Sequence record: OR413585.1
Reading direction: 5' to 3' (one strand)
Length of the DNA stretch: 64,000 nt
The position numbers and the translations under genes were made by a program. The stretch's first letter is position 1, and every line of letters starts with the position of its first letter. Shown piece after piece: positions 38,865 through 47,438 of this stretch. Under the pieces are notes generated by a model. It was not told the DNA's origin. It ran no database searches and was given only the letters and a program-made list of their open reading frames with translations.

Positions 38865-39254
38865 ATGATGCGTGCTGTATTAGCTGTGTTTATAGTCTGC
38901 GTTACTGCGCCAGTAAACGCCTTTACCATTCAGGACTTCCCGCAGTATAAACCGATGTGGGAAACCGACGCACCTGTAAAATTTAGCGACAAAGATGAAC
39001 CAGTCGTGACAGTGGTGAAGGGTGAGTTTGCCGTGGTCAACTACGGGCGTTCTGAACTGTGTCCGGGCGGTGGCTTTTATCTCGTTAACACAAAGCGCAA
39101 GACGTACCAGCCAATAGATGCCGGTACGTGTTCGCCGAAAGTTAAAGCGACAATTGTCCCGTCAGTACGAACACACCGCAGCGTTAATACCCACCAGTTA
39201 ACTTTTTGGGTAGGTAAAGAAATTTCCGCGCGGTATCCTTTGTACGATTATTAA
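38865..39254 (+). CDS. Secreted/periplasmic protein
   Basis: Signal peptide MMRAVLAVFIVCVTAPVNA|F; two Cys in the mature part; GAGG SD. Confidence 0.7.
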   Translation: MMRAVLAVFIVCVTAPVNAFTIQDFPQYKPMWETDAPVKFSDKDEPVVTVVKGEFAVVNYGRSELCPGGGFYLVNTKRKTYQPIDAGTCSPKVKATIVPSVRTHRSVNTHQLTFWVGKEISARYPLYDY

Positions 39255-39262
39255 ACACAGCG

Positions 39263-39298
39263 TATAGGGGCTTCGGCCCCTATACTGTTTATTATTTT
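39263..39298 (+). terminator. Intrinsic terminator
   Basis: tataggggc-TTCG-gcccctata plus a T-rich tail. Confidence 0.75.
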
Positions 39299-39345
39299 CC
39301 TGTGAAGTATTATGACCCCCCTTAATCAAATACCAGGAGCGAGGC

Positions 39346-39963
39346 ATGTCTTTTGTTATTGACTTTAACCACCATCATAGTCAAACCTTGCTCGATTTAG
39401 TCAATGCTTTTAATGCTGAAACCGTTTATACGCCCCTGACCACAGAACGTATCCGTGTGGAGAGTTATGGTCCACCGGAACCGGACGGTCGTGTAAGTGC
39501 TTTGCTGACTAATAAGAGTAAGCCAGATGACTATGTGGTTGTGCGTTACCGCAAATTGAGCTTAAATGATATAATCACATTGGGACCTGATCATCTCACG
39601 TGGTTTGATTTGTCGAAAGGTAAACCGGCCGATTTGCGCGTATGGTCTGAACCTGCAATGGCCAGTTTTGAATCGGCGTGTGCAGAACGTGGCATCGTTG
39701 TAAGTAAGGCGTGGGAAAACCCCGCGCAATGCCACGTGGAGTATGACATCCCGACCGATCGATACGTCCTCGTCTATGAATGCGAATCATTTGTTTACGA
39801 ATCACGCACACGCATTACGCTACCGTACCATATCGGCCAAGACTTAACCAAGACAACGCTGCCTGGTCTGGAATACGACCTGGCTGGTTTCTGGGGGCGT
39901 AAGCTGTTAGAAGAAGTGACTATCTCGAAGCTTAACGGTTTTCGTTATCGTGAGTTTGTTTAA
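39346..39963 (+). CDS. Virion protein with tail/baseplate repeat domain
   Basis: LLDLVNAFN...VRYRKLSL, C-terminal TKTTLPGL/ISKLNGF repeats; TATGACCC at 39311. Confidence 0.55.
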   Translation: MSFVIDFNHHHSQTLLDLVNAFNAETVYTPLTTERIRVESYGPPEPDGRVSALLTNKSKPDDYVVVRYRKLSLNDIITLGPDHLTWFDLSKGKPADLRVWSEPAMASFESACAERGIVVSKAWENPAQCHVEYDIPTDRYVLVYECESFVYESRTRITLPYHIGQDLTKTTLPGLEYDLAGFWGRKLLEEVTISKLNGFRYREFV

Positions 39964-39967
39964 GACA

Positions 39968-40008
39968 CTACCCTCGCCCGTTAGCGAGGGTAGGTATTTA
40001 TTTTTTCT
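39968..40008 (+). terminator. Intrinsic terminator
   Basis: ctaccctcgc-ccgtta-gcgagggtag plus T-tract. Confidence 0.7.
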
Positions 40009-40042
40009 TACGAATCGTCCACTCCGTATAGGAGGTAAGTCC

Positions 40043-40642
40043 ATGAAAAAGATTTATAAAATTGCGGTAATCGGTTCTCGGAAGACTGATGAAGATACCA
40101 TGTCTGAAATGTACATGCGATTGTTACGTGGGTTTAATGCGCTGCACGCCAAAGGCTACACGATTCATTTTTCTTCTGGCGGCTGCTGGTGTGGCCCAGA
40201 CCAATTGCAATTCCGATTTGCCCGACAGTGGGCGAATACAATAGACCAGAACACTGGCAAGAAAGTGGTGTGGGATGACGAGTTCATCTGCTATTTACCC
40301 GATGAGAAAAAGCTCTGGCTCAAGAAACAGAATCCCAACGTAGAGTTCCGTGTAATCCCTCAGGATGACCGCTATCGTGAGATAGTAGGTAAGCTTCATC
40401 CCGCGCCAGAAAAGCTCCAGGAGTTCGCCTGGGCGCTTCATGGCCGTAATCTGAATATAATTATGGGCGATGATTTAGCAACGCCTGTAGACGCAGTTTA
40501 TTACTCTGCGCCTTTAGATAAACAAGGTAATCCGACCGGCGGTACTGCCATGGGCGTGAAATACGCTAAGCAGTGTGGTATTCCTTGTTACCACCATGCG
40601 CTTGAAGGACATCTGTGGCTTGAGAGCTTGTGCTTATTATGA
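40043..40642 (+). CDS. SLOG (Smf/DprA-LOG/YpsA-like) nucleotide-binding protein
   Basis: ATG 40043 with GGAGGT SD; IAVIGSRK, SSGGCWCGPD, HGRNLNIIMG, GGTAMGVKYAKQCGIP. Confidence 0.7.
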   Translation: MKKIYKIAVIGSRKTDEDTMSEMYMRLLRGFNALHAKGYTIHFSSGGCWCGPDQLQFRFARQWANTIDQNTGKKVVWDDEFICYLPDEKKLWLKKQNPNVEFRVIPQDDRYREIVGKLHPAPEKLQEFAWALHGRNLNIIMGDDLATPVDAVYYSAPLDKQGNPTGGTAMGVKYAKQCGIPCYHHALEGHLWLESLCLL

Positions 40643-40672
40643 CCACGTTGCCTTTAATCAGAGGTCGCTATT

Positions 40673-40945
40673 ATGCAAACAACCGGTTTAGCTCGTCGTT
40701 TGTGGGAAGCCTTCTTCCCCACGCCATCAAAACCCATTAAGAAGGTGACTAGCCTTCGCTTGTTCCCAGGCACCGAGGATGAGTTCTTCGATTACCTGGA
40801 ACGGCATGGTTTTGATTCGAAAGTTGCACCGCAGGAAAATGACCCAATTCAGACGGTCTACACTACACCGGATACGGGTGAAATATTTGCTTTGTGTGTT
40901 CGCTGGCCACATCGTAATTATTACTACACTTTGACGCAGATATAA
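40673..40945 (+). CDS. Small hypothetical protein
   Basis: 90 aa, GAGGT SD. Confidence 0.7.
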   Translation: MQTTGLARRLWEAFFPTPSKPIKKVTSLRLFPGTEDEFFDYLERHGFDSKVAPQENDPIQTVYTTPDTGEIFALCVRWPHRNYYYTLTQI

Positions 40946-40955
40946 GGAGCAGGGG

Positions 40956-42089
40956 ATGTCGACGCTCGATTTAGATTTAGAAGTCCTGACTGACGACTAC
41001 GATCGCCTGGTCGCACTCGAAGGTCTGGGAGTTAAGCCCGACTTCCCTGCGGTTTGCGCGATTCGTCAGCGTTGGTGCTTAACCGACGACGGTGAAGATA
41101 TGTTGGTTGCTCGTGAATCGCGTGAAGCGATGGAGCGTGCTCAGTTTATGACTGATACCGACCCGCGGGCTGGCATCCATCGCGCAGCAGGGCGCATTAC
41201 TGCGAAAGCTGTTAAAGGCGCTGGAAAGCTAGTGGGTGCTGGACTAGGTGCAACCGCAAAGGGCGCGGGTAAACTTTCGAAAAAGCTCGCATTACGCTTT
41301 TACGATTTCGCGGAAGCGCTAGCGAAAGAACAAGCCGACCGTTTGAAAGAAATAACTTCGAAAGCTGCTTTCATGGAACGTAAGCTCAATAAGCTTAAAA
41401 CGCGAATGTCGCTGCTAGATGACCACAAAACACTCGCTGCAGTTGACGTTCACACGAGCAGCTGGACGTCTAAAATTTGTTTTGAAGATCGACCCGATTT
41501 TGAAGCGTGTGTTCAGTTTTCTAAACAAACAAATGCGTACGAAGGCGTCGTGCAAAAGTACACGGTTTACACACGCACTGCTCTGAAGAAAAGCAAAGCA
41601 TTCGAAGGGCCGGGCTTAAAACAAATCAGCAAGTCCACAAACTGGGCAGTTAAGCGTGCCGCTGGACTGCTTGGCATCATCGATCCCTTTAAAAAGGTGG
41701 AAGCTTTTCCTGTTCCTGGAAATATCGTTGTGGTTGAGCACCATAGTGGTAAGATCAGTTGGGCAATTGCGCGTGACGGCGATTATGGTGAAACCATTAA
41801 ATCGCTGGATATGCATCAGTGTGGTAAAGCAATAGAGGCTGTGGAAGCACTTATCAAATCTATTGCTGCGCGCGGAACAAAGAACCGTGTTGTAGGCTAC
41901 ACCGGTATCTACGAAGAAGTGGAAGCGATGAAGTCCGAGCTTAAGAACCTGGAAGGGGATGAGCTGAAAGAAGCCACTTTGCGCTACCGCAATGCAATGG
42001 CGATGGAAGACGCTTTTACCACGGCATTGGTACGTGTGGCGGAGGGTCTAATGGAATGGACGAAGCAATCGTTGGCTGAGGTGAAATGA
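40956..42089 (+). CDS. Probable head (ejection) protein with cleavable propeptide
   Basis: Acidic N-terminus with IRQRW...LVARE-54 motif like the 5225/6580 proteins. Confidence 0.6.
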   Translation: MSTLDLDLEVLTDDYDRLVALEGLGVKPDFPAVCAIRQRWCLTDDGEDMLVARESREAMERAQFMTDTDPRAGIHRAAGRITAKAVKGAGKLVGAGLGATAKGAGKLSKKLALRFYDFAEALAKEQADRLKEITSKAAFMERKLNKLKTRMSLLDDHKTLAAVDVHTSSWTSKICFEDRPDFEACVQFSKQTNAYEGVVQKYTVYTRTALKKSKAFEGPGLKQISKSTNWAVKRAAGLLGIIDPFKKVEAFPVPGNIVVVEHHSGKISWAIARDGDYGETIKSLDMHQCGKAIEAVEALIKSIAARGTKNRVVGYTGIYEEVEAMKSELKNLEGDELKEATLRYRNAMAMEDAFTTALVRVAEGLMEWTKQSLAEVK

Positions 42090-42553
42090 TGAAAATTGTT
42101 TTTGTCACCAAGCCCAACTCTCCGTATGGTAAGAAATACTACGCGGACTTGTTAGGACTACACAACAAGTTATACGACGATCAGAAAATAAAACTTGCCG
42201 ACTTAAACGGTCGTGAAGGGTTTAATCAAATCTCAAAACTGGAGGAGGTTTGGGGTGAAGGTACGCTGTGCGCTTGCGCCGTTGATGACCGTGGTGTGGC
42301 TGTTGGCTTCATCACCTTCGGCTACACCAAAAAGGGACAACGTTTCCTCTGGGTATATAACTTTTTTGTAGATGAATCAGTTCGTTCACAAGGCGTTGGC
42401 CATGAACTGATCGAAGCCGTAGAAAACTACGGCAAATCAAAAGGCTGCGCATGGATGCAGCTTAACGTGCTCGGTAATAACGACCGTGCTATTGCGTTTT
42501 ATGAACGTTTCGGATTCCGAACTGAATACCAGGATATGGTAAAGGAGCTTTAA
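42086..42553 (+). CDS. GNAT-family N-acetyltransferase
   Basis: FFVDESVRSQGVGHELI, LNVLGNNDRAIAFYERFGF. Confidence 0.92.
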   Translation: MMKIVFVTKPNSPYGKKYYADLLGLHNKLYDDQKIKLADLNGREGFNQISKLEEVWGEGTLCACAVDDRGVAVGFITFGYTKKGQRFLWVYNFFVDESVRSQGVGHELIEAVENYGKSKGCAWMQLNVLGNNDRAIAFYERFGFRTEYQDMVKEL

Positions 42554-42554
42554 C

Positions 42555-43163
42555 ATGGTGGCTGTCCGCAGCGTGCCACATCAGACTGGCTCGCGATATA
42601 CTTTTTGTGTAAAGCGTTTCGGGGCAAGAAATCGCCCTGGTTGGAAGGTGGTACGTGCGATGGGACAGTTCTGGCAATTACCACCTGGCACGTTAAAATA
42701 TTTTTCAGTAGACAGAATAACCCGGTTCTTAAACGCGGCTGACCCAAGTCAACGCTCCAGTTTTATGGCAGGGATCGTTTGTCGTCCCGATGGGAAAACA
42801 CGCGATGCAACCACTCGTGGAATCTACTGGACAGGACAGAACGCGTTTCAGGTTGGCTTACCTTGCCTGAAGTGTGAAGTGACGCCGTTTAATGGCCCCT
42901 ATGCCGATGCGTACTTCACCGGTATCTTTGTGTCGTTCCCAGACGACCCGTCTTTAAACTACTTTCTATCGGTAGACAAAGACGTCAGTATTGATACCTT
43001 CTACAAATACTTGTTGTTTTACAGCCGGTATATCCGCGTGACTCCTGTGCATGAAGATTGGTATTATAAAAATCCCTTGAACTATGGGAGGGACAGGAGA
43101 CTAGAAGGATGTTCTATCGAGAGCTTCAACTCTGTACCGCAGCGCTCCATGGCGCTAATGTGA
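42555..43163 (+). CDS. Hypothetical protein
   Basis: 202 aa, AAGGAG SD. Confidence 0.7.
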   Translation: MVAVRSVPHQTGSRYTFCVKRFGARNRPGWKVVRAMGQFWQLPPGTLKYFSVDRITRFLNAADPSQRSSFMAGIVCRPDGKTRDATTRGIYWTGQNAFQVGLPCLKCEVTPFNGPYADAYFTGIFVSFPDDPSLNYFLSVDKDVSIDTFYKYLLFYSRYIRVTPVHEDWYYKNPLNYGRDRRLEGCSIESFNSVPQRSMALM

Positions 43164-43480
43164 GCAAGAACGGGGACCTGGAAGACGTCGCGCAAGCCTT
43201 ACGGGCTGTGTCGGAGGTTGACCAGGTCGACATCGACGCTAAGTATTTAGGCGGCGGTGTAAAGCGTATTCAGTTGACCGTGCGAGCCAAACATGGCAGC
43301 TGCTCGTTACATTTTCGAGTCAGTGCGGATTATTTCCTGGTACTGCGCTCCACATTCAGTCACGATGGTCGGACTCACCGGGTTCGGTGGATGCACGACA
43401 TTACTAAATTTGGCTACCCGCTTGCAGAACAACGTAAAGTCGTGCATGACTTTATGGCTGCAGTCGTTGCGGGGTTTTAA
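43109..43480 (+). CDS. Small hypothetical (possibly virion) protein
   Basis: Real start may be GTG 43160 (GTGA overlap with the upstream stop). Confidence 0.65.
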   Translation: MFYRELQLCTAALHGANVSKNGDLEDVAQALRAVSEVDQVDIDAKYLGGGVKRIQLTVRAKHGSCSLHFRVSADYFLVLRSTFSHDGRTHRVRWMHDITKFGYPLAEQRKVVHDFMAAVVAGF

Positions 43481-43489
43481 GGGGAGACT

Positions 43490-44089
43490 GTGATGTCTGA
43501 GATGATTCTCGATTCGCTGTTTTTGATTACGGTTGCAAACATCAATAAAAACGGCAATCTTCCAGAATACGTAGACATAAGTCGTCATGGCTTTAAGCGT
43601 CGTTATCAAATCGGTAAGGTACTAGAGATTGCCTGTTTAGTAACGAACATGCGTAGACCGGTGGAAGGCTGTAGCGTTAAACATGCACAGATGATACTCG
43701 GGCGTGCTATTTCAGAAGTACGTCGTAAGCGTCGTCGTGCACCGTATCGCTTTTATCCTAACTCCACCAAACAGGTGGTGGGTGAAGGTGAAGGCGTGGT
43801 TGATTTGCGTGAGGCCAGTTGTAATGTAGGTGGTATTGCGCGTGACTGGTTAATGAGCATTATCAGTAAGCATCCACGCACACCTACGCCGCAAGAAGGA
43901 CAGGCGGTACTCGCACTTATGCGTAAGACCCATTTGGTGATCACCGATACACCGAATCAGGCAGCACGAATGCAGCACTATTTGGCGTGTCGTGGCTTTA
44001 CCACACTCGCAGTGCCATCAGAATACGCAACTGATATTAAACTTCCGACAGTTCCCGAGTGGTCTGAACCGAAAGTTGATCATCAGTGA
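43490..44089 (+). CDS. Hypothetical basic (possibly virion) protein
   Basis: 199 aa, GGGGAG SD, terminator downstream. Confidence 0.7.
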   Translation: MMSEMILDSLFLITVANINKNGNLPEYVDISRHGFKRRYQIGKVLEIACLVTNMRRPVEGCSVKHAQMILGRAISEVRRKRRRAPYRFYPNSTKQVVGEGEGVVDLREASCNVGGIARDWLMSIISKHPRTPTPQEGQAVLALMRKTHLVITDTPNQAARMQHYLACRGFTTLAVPSEYATDIKLPTVPEWSEPKVDHQ

Positions 44090-44094
44090 GTTAT

Positions 44095-44131
44095 ACCCAC
44101 TCCTTCGGGAGTGGGTCGACTCTATTGTTTT
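44095..44131 (+). terminator. Intrinsic terminator
   Basis: acccactcc-TTCG-ggagtgggt. Confidence 0.65.
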
Positions 44132-44189
44132 TCGGATAGATATTATTTTAGGGAGACGTACAAAATTTACGTTTCATCCTTAGCATATG
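44130..44189 (+). promoter_or_regulatory. Tandem class B early motif (44130-54) and TTAC-N15-TATG (44167-89)
   Basis: Both repeated motifs are present. Confidence 0.6.
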
Positions 44190-44246
44190 CTAGAAGCCGT
44201 TGTGAGTCGGTTAAAACTCACCAACTTAAACTAAGAGAGAAATACC

Positions 44247-45005
44247 ATGACTGTTAATACTACGAAGAAAGAGTTCCTGTCCGTCCCCACTGCCTGTGGC
44301 GAATATCGTTATGTATTTTTGTATAACGAAGAGATGATCGGTAAGGGCGGGATGCCGATTATGATAGAGCATAAGCTCATCAGCGCTAAAACAGGCGGTA
44401 CCGTTGTACATGGCACGACTGAGTTCTTCGCAACTAACGCAACGCGGGAAGATGTTATTCGCGGGTTGCTGAAAGCACTGCGTGAAGTCTCAGCCAGGAT
44501 GTTCTTTAAACACATCGCCCGTAAGCCTGAACTCATCCCCGCGTGGAAAGAGTTCGACTTAGAAGCACTGCGTGAAGCTGCACCACGCTATGTCTTCATT
44601 GAAGAATGCATCAATGCGTATTTTAAAGACGTGATGCAAACCGAGCGATTGGTAAATAAAGCATCCGAAACAGGAAATCGTTTCTTCCGCAGTGTCAAAT
44701 TTAAAGAAGACCTCCGGGCTAACTTCAACGATATTGAACTGCGTGTTACCCGCCGCATGACACTGCTGCGTCCTGAATCAGATACACCGCAGGCCATGTT
44801 GTCTTATTCCTTGGCCCCTTCTGCGTTGTTTAACAAACGCGAAGGCTTCAGTATAATGTCGCTCAATTTCACTAACAAGTACGCGTTAGGGGAATGGCCG
44901 TCATTAAATGCATTCTTCAAAAGTCCGGGCATCAAGCCGGTCATCGAAGCATGGATTGAGCACACCTGGACACCAGAAATGAAGAACCGCAAGGCTATCG
45001 AGTAA
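44247..45005 (+). CDS. Hypothetical protein
   Basis: 252 aa downstream of dual promoters. Confidence 0.75.
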   Translation: MTVNTTKKEFLSVPTACGEYRYVFLYNEEMIGKGGMPIMIEHKLISAKTGGTVVHGTTEFFATNATREDVIRGLLKALREVSARMFFKHIARKPELIPAWKEFDLEALREAAPRYVFIEECINAYFKDVMQTERLVNKASETGNRFFRSVKFKEDLRANFNDIELRVTRRMTLLRPESDTPQAMLSYSLAPSALFNKREGFSIMSLNFTNKYALGEWPSLNAFFKSPGIKPVIEAWIEHTWTPEMKNRKAIE

Positions 45006-45018
45006 TAACATCTAATGT

Positions 45019-45056
45019 CAGGCATCCTTCGGGGTGCCTGTTTTATTTTTTTCTTT
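45019..45056 (+). terminator. Intrinsic terminator
   Basis: caggcatcc-TTCG-gggtgcctg plus T-tract, overlapping TTAC-N15-TGTG (45055-77). Confidence 0.8.
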
Positions 45057-45116
45057 ACGTTTGGTCGCTATATTGTGACACCACTACAATTAATTAAACT
45101 TTTGGGGAAGAATAAA

Positions 45117-45740
45117 ATGTTAAACTCAGTGGCGCTGGATGGTCCGGACTTTTCTGGCAAATCAACACTCGCGAAAATGATTCAAGCGATGTTGCGCTCC
45201 GCTGGCGTTAATGTCATCATCGTCAATCACCCGACGAATACCACTGAAGCCGGTATTAGTGCACGTTCTCTGGTTATCCAGCACGCTTCTAATGAACGTA
45301 TTGCTAAAGCGATGTGTCTGGATTTCCAATACACGATGGATTTCGTTGTACCAGAGCACGATGTCGTTATTTTTGACCGTTTTTGTCAATCGACTATTGT
45401 CTACCAGGGCGTAGATGGTAAAGGGGAAGTTTTCCGTTCGCGGGTATTAGACCACATTAACGCACCGAAACTTTACGTGGCAACCGATGTATCCTACGAA
45501 ACCGCCACAGAACGCTTTAAGAAGCGCGCAGAGGCCCAGGGCAAGAACTGGGATGATGTGGTACTGACAGCGAAGTATCTGCGCTCACAGACTGATTGGG
45601 ACGCGTTACGCGACCACTACCGTTTTGCTTTCCACATCACCACAGATGGCGGCGATAAGTTCCCGCTGATGCGTGTTACGGCTGACGACGATATAGCGTT
45701 ACAAGCCGCGCGTATCGTTGAACGTATTCTGGCAGGTTAG
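45117..45740 (+). CDS. tmk: Thymidylate (dNMP) kinase
   Basis: ATG 45117; ALDGPDFSGKST P-loop, VVIFDRFCQSTIVYQG (DRY/F motif), DVSYETATER lid. Confidence 0.88.
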   Translation: MLNSVALDGPDFSGKSTLAKMIQAMLRSAGVNVIIVNHPTNTTEAGISARSLVIQHASNERIAKAMCLDFQYTMDFVVPEHDVVIFDRFCQSTIVYQGVDGKGEVFRSRVLDHINAPKLYVATDVSYETATERFKKRAEAQGKNWDDVVLTAKYLRSQTDWDALRDHYRFAFHITTDGGDKFPLMRVTADDDIALQAARIVERILAG

Positions 45741-45745
45741 TTGTA

Positions 45746-45783
45746 CCCCTCTTACCTTCGGGTAAGAGGGTATTGTCTTTTTT
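45746..45783 (+). terminator. Intrinsic terminator (identical to 18346)
   Basis: ccctcttacc-TTCG-ggtaagaggg. Confidence 0.8.
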
Positions 45784-45852
45784 ACAGATCGGAACAGTCT
45801 TATGCTTTTTGCTTCCAGTCCACTAAATTTCAGATATATATTACTTAGGTGA
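45782..45852 (+). promoter_or_regulatory. Tandem TTAC-N15-TATG (45782-804) and class A early promoter (45828-52)
   Basis: tttcagatatatattacttaggtga, one mismatch to the 7909/16412 copies. Confidence 0.7.
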
Positions 45853-45902
45853 GAGTTACTACTAAACTCTCTAATCGACTATTAAGCTAAAGGAGTATTC
45901 TA

Positions 45903-46268
45903 ATGCGTTTTAAACATCAAACCGTTGTGTTGGCAAAGAAAGCGTTTTTGGTTCGTCTTTCTTACATTATTACTCGTGTCACTGCGAAGGACGTTACGCA
46001 GAAAGACATTGCGTTATTAGTAGGCTGCTCACCGTCACAAATATCTGCGATTAAAAATGAACGTGAGAAGGCCGTGACTATCGAAACATTGATGCGGGTT
46101 GCTGATACACTGCGCCTGAATTACGAAATCGTCTACCGTTCTATCAACGGTAAATGTCGTCATAGCTTTAAAATTGAATCATGCATCGATTACATGAACA
46201 ACTGTCCTATCCGGGTACGAGAAACAGGACTTAAAGTCATGGCACGTAAACCTTCTGCAGTAATGTAG
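45903..46268 (+). CDS. XRE/Cro-C1-family helix-turn-helix DNA-binding protein
   Basis: VTQKDIALLVGCSPSQISAIKNEREKAVTIETLMRVADTL; AAGGAG SD. Confidence 0.85.
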   Translation: MRFKHQTVVLAKKAFLVRLSYIITRVTAKDVTQKDIALLVGCSPSQISAIKNEREKAVTIETLMRVADTLRLNYEIVYRSINGKCRHSFKIESCIDYMNNCPIRVRETGLKVMARKPSAVM

Positions 46269-46279
46269 GGAGCAAACGT

Positions 46280-46666
46280 ATGAATTGGTTTGTAAATGGT
46301 ATCACCCGTCGCGTGATGACGGAAGAGGATGATCGATGTAAACATCTTAAAGTGGGCTCTATAGCCCCGCGCTATACGGCAGAGTGCGACCCATGGGGCC
46401 GCGAAACGTATTACATGTGCGAAGACTGCTGGGAAAAACTGCAGGCTGCAATTGCGGCGGAAGAAGTGGTCTGCGACGACTGCAAAGGTACCTTCCCGAA
46501 ACGAGATACCGTTGAATGGAAATGGTACGACTTTGACCCCAGACAAGGGGATAAAGAACTTTGTATCTGTAATAACTGCGTGTCTTTACCGACACATTTA
46601 AACCGTGTAGAGAATGACCGTCGGGCATTTGAACACGACTTTCCAGAAGCAACTTTCTGGGATTAA
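46280..46666 (+). CDS. Cys-rich zinc-binding protein
   Basis: CKH, CEDC, CDDC, CICNNC motifs. Confidence 0.7.
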   Translation: MNWFVNGITRRVMTEEDDRCKHLKVGSIAPRYTAECDPWGRETYYMCEDCWEKLQAAIAAEEVVCDDCKGTFPKRDTVEWKWYDFDPRQGDKELCICNNCVSLPTHLNRVENDRRAFEHDFPEATFWD

Positions 46667-46692
46667 CTAGTGTAAACCTTAAGGAGTATATC

Positions 46693-47349
46693 ATGGCGAA
46701 GGCCCCTAAAACTGTAGCAAAAGATTCAATGGCAAGCAACGCGATTAAAGCCACAAAAACGCGTACTACCGAATCTCCACGCACACCTACCATTCCTAAA
46801 CCGGATGTAATTGTACCAATCAGTGAACGTCTGAAAACAATTCACATCGAGCGCGAATATCCGATTGACCTTGGTCAGGAAATCGTTGCGGTTAACCTTG
46901 GTAGCGACGTACGCTTTACCATCTATAAAGGCGCGCATCTGAACAACATGGTGCTAACCCGTGGTGATGAAGTTATCGGTCTGTCTCGTTACGACACGCA
47001 AATCGAAAACATCTATCCGGTGTTTGCAGTAGCGATGTTGCGTTTGTTCATGCAGGATAAAGCCGACCTTTGTGGTCAGCTTGCGGGTATGGCGGATCGT
47101 GTTGGTCATATTCTGCCGACGCTGGTGAAACTGTACCCAGTTACGATTGACGTGGCGTTTACTACTGTAGACAACAACCACGGTTATATCGTGCTGACCA
47201 AAGACGGTAAAGTTATCGCTGGTAATCTGACTGATAACGAAGTGCAGAAGCATATGGACAAATTTGCGTTCATGGTGAATCGCTTGGCGCACGTCAGTGT
47301 CAAACATTCTGAAACTTGGACGACGCTTGTCTCCAAACCTGAACTGTAA
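46693..47349 (+). CDS. Hypothetical protein
   Basis: 218 aa, AAGGAG SD. Confidence 0.75.
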   Translation: MAKAPKTVAKDSMASNAIKATKTRTTESPRTPTIPKPDVIVPISERLKTIHIEREYPIDLGQEIVAVNLGSDVRFTIYKGAHLNNMVLTRGDEVIGLSRYDTQIENIYPVFAVAMLRLFMQDKADLCGQLAGMADRVGHILPTLVKLYPVTIDVAFTTVDNNHGYIVLTKDGKVIAGNLTDNEVQKHMDKFAFMVNRLAHVSVKHSETWTTLVSKPEL

Positions 47350-47352
47350 TCA

Positions 47353-47391
47353 TTAAGGGGTCTTCGGACCCCTTAATTTTTTGTCTTTTTA
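47353..47391 (+). terminator. Intrinsic terminator
   Basis: ttaaggggtc-TTCG-gaccccttaa plus T-tract, overlapping TTAC-N15-TGTG (47389-411). Confidence 0.8.
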
Positions 47392-47438
47392 CGCATTATC
47401 CTCATGTTGTGACAGCAATACCTTTTGAGGGCATTACA

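Noticed and set aside
39950-40042. Upstream starts given by the track at 39950, 45015, 16979, 55191 and 51843
   Set aside because: They cross terminators or overlap upstream genes; downstream ATGs have clear SDs or stop/start overlaps.
45903-46268. HTH as a lysogeny repressor (prophage interpretation)
   Set aside because: The content is that of a phiKZ-like lytic jumbo phage; no integrase, divergent cro/cI switch or host genes.
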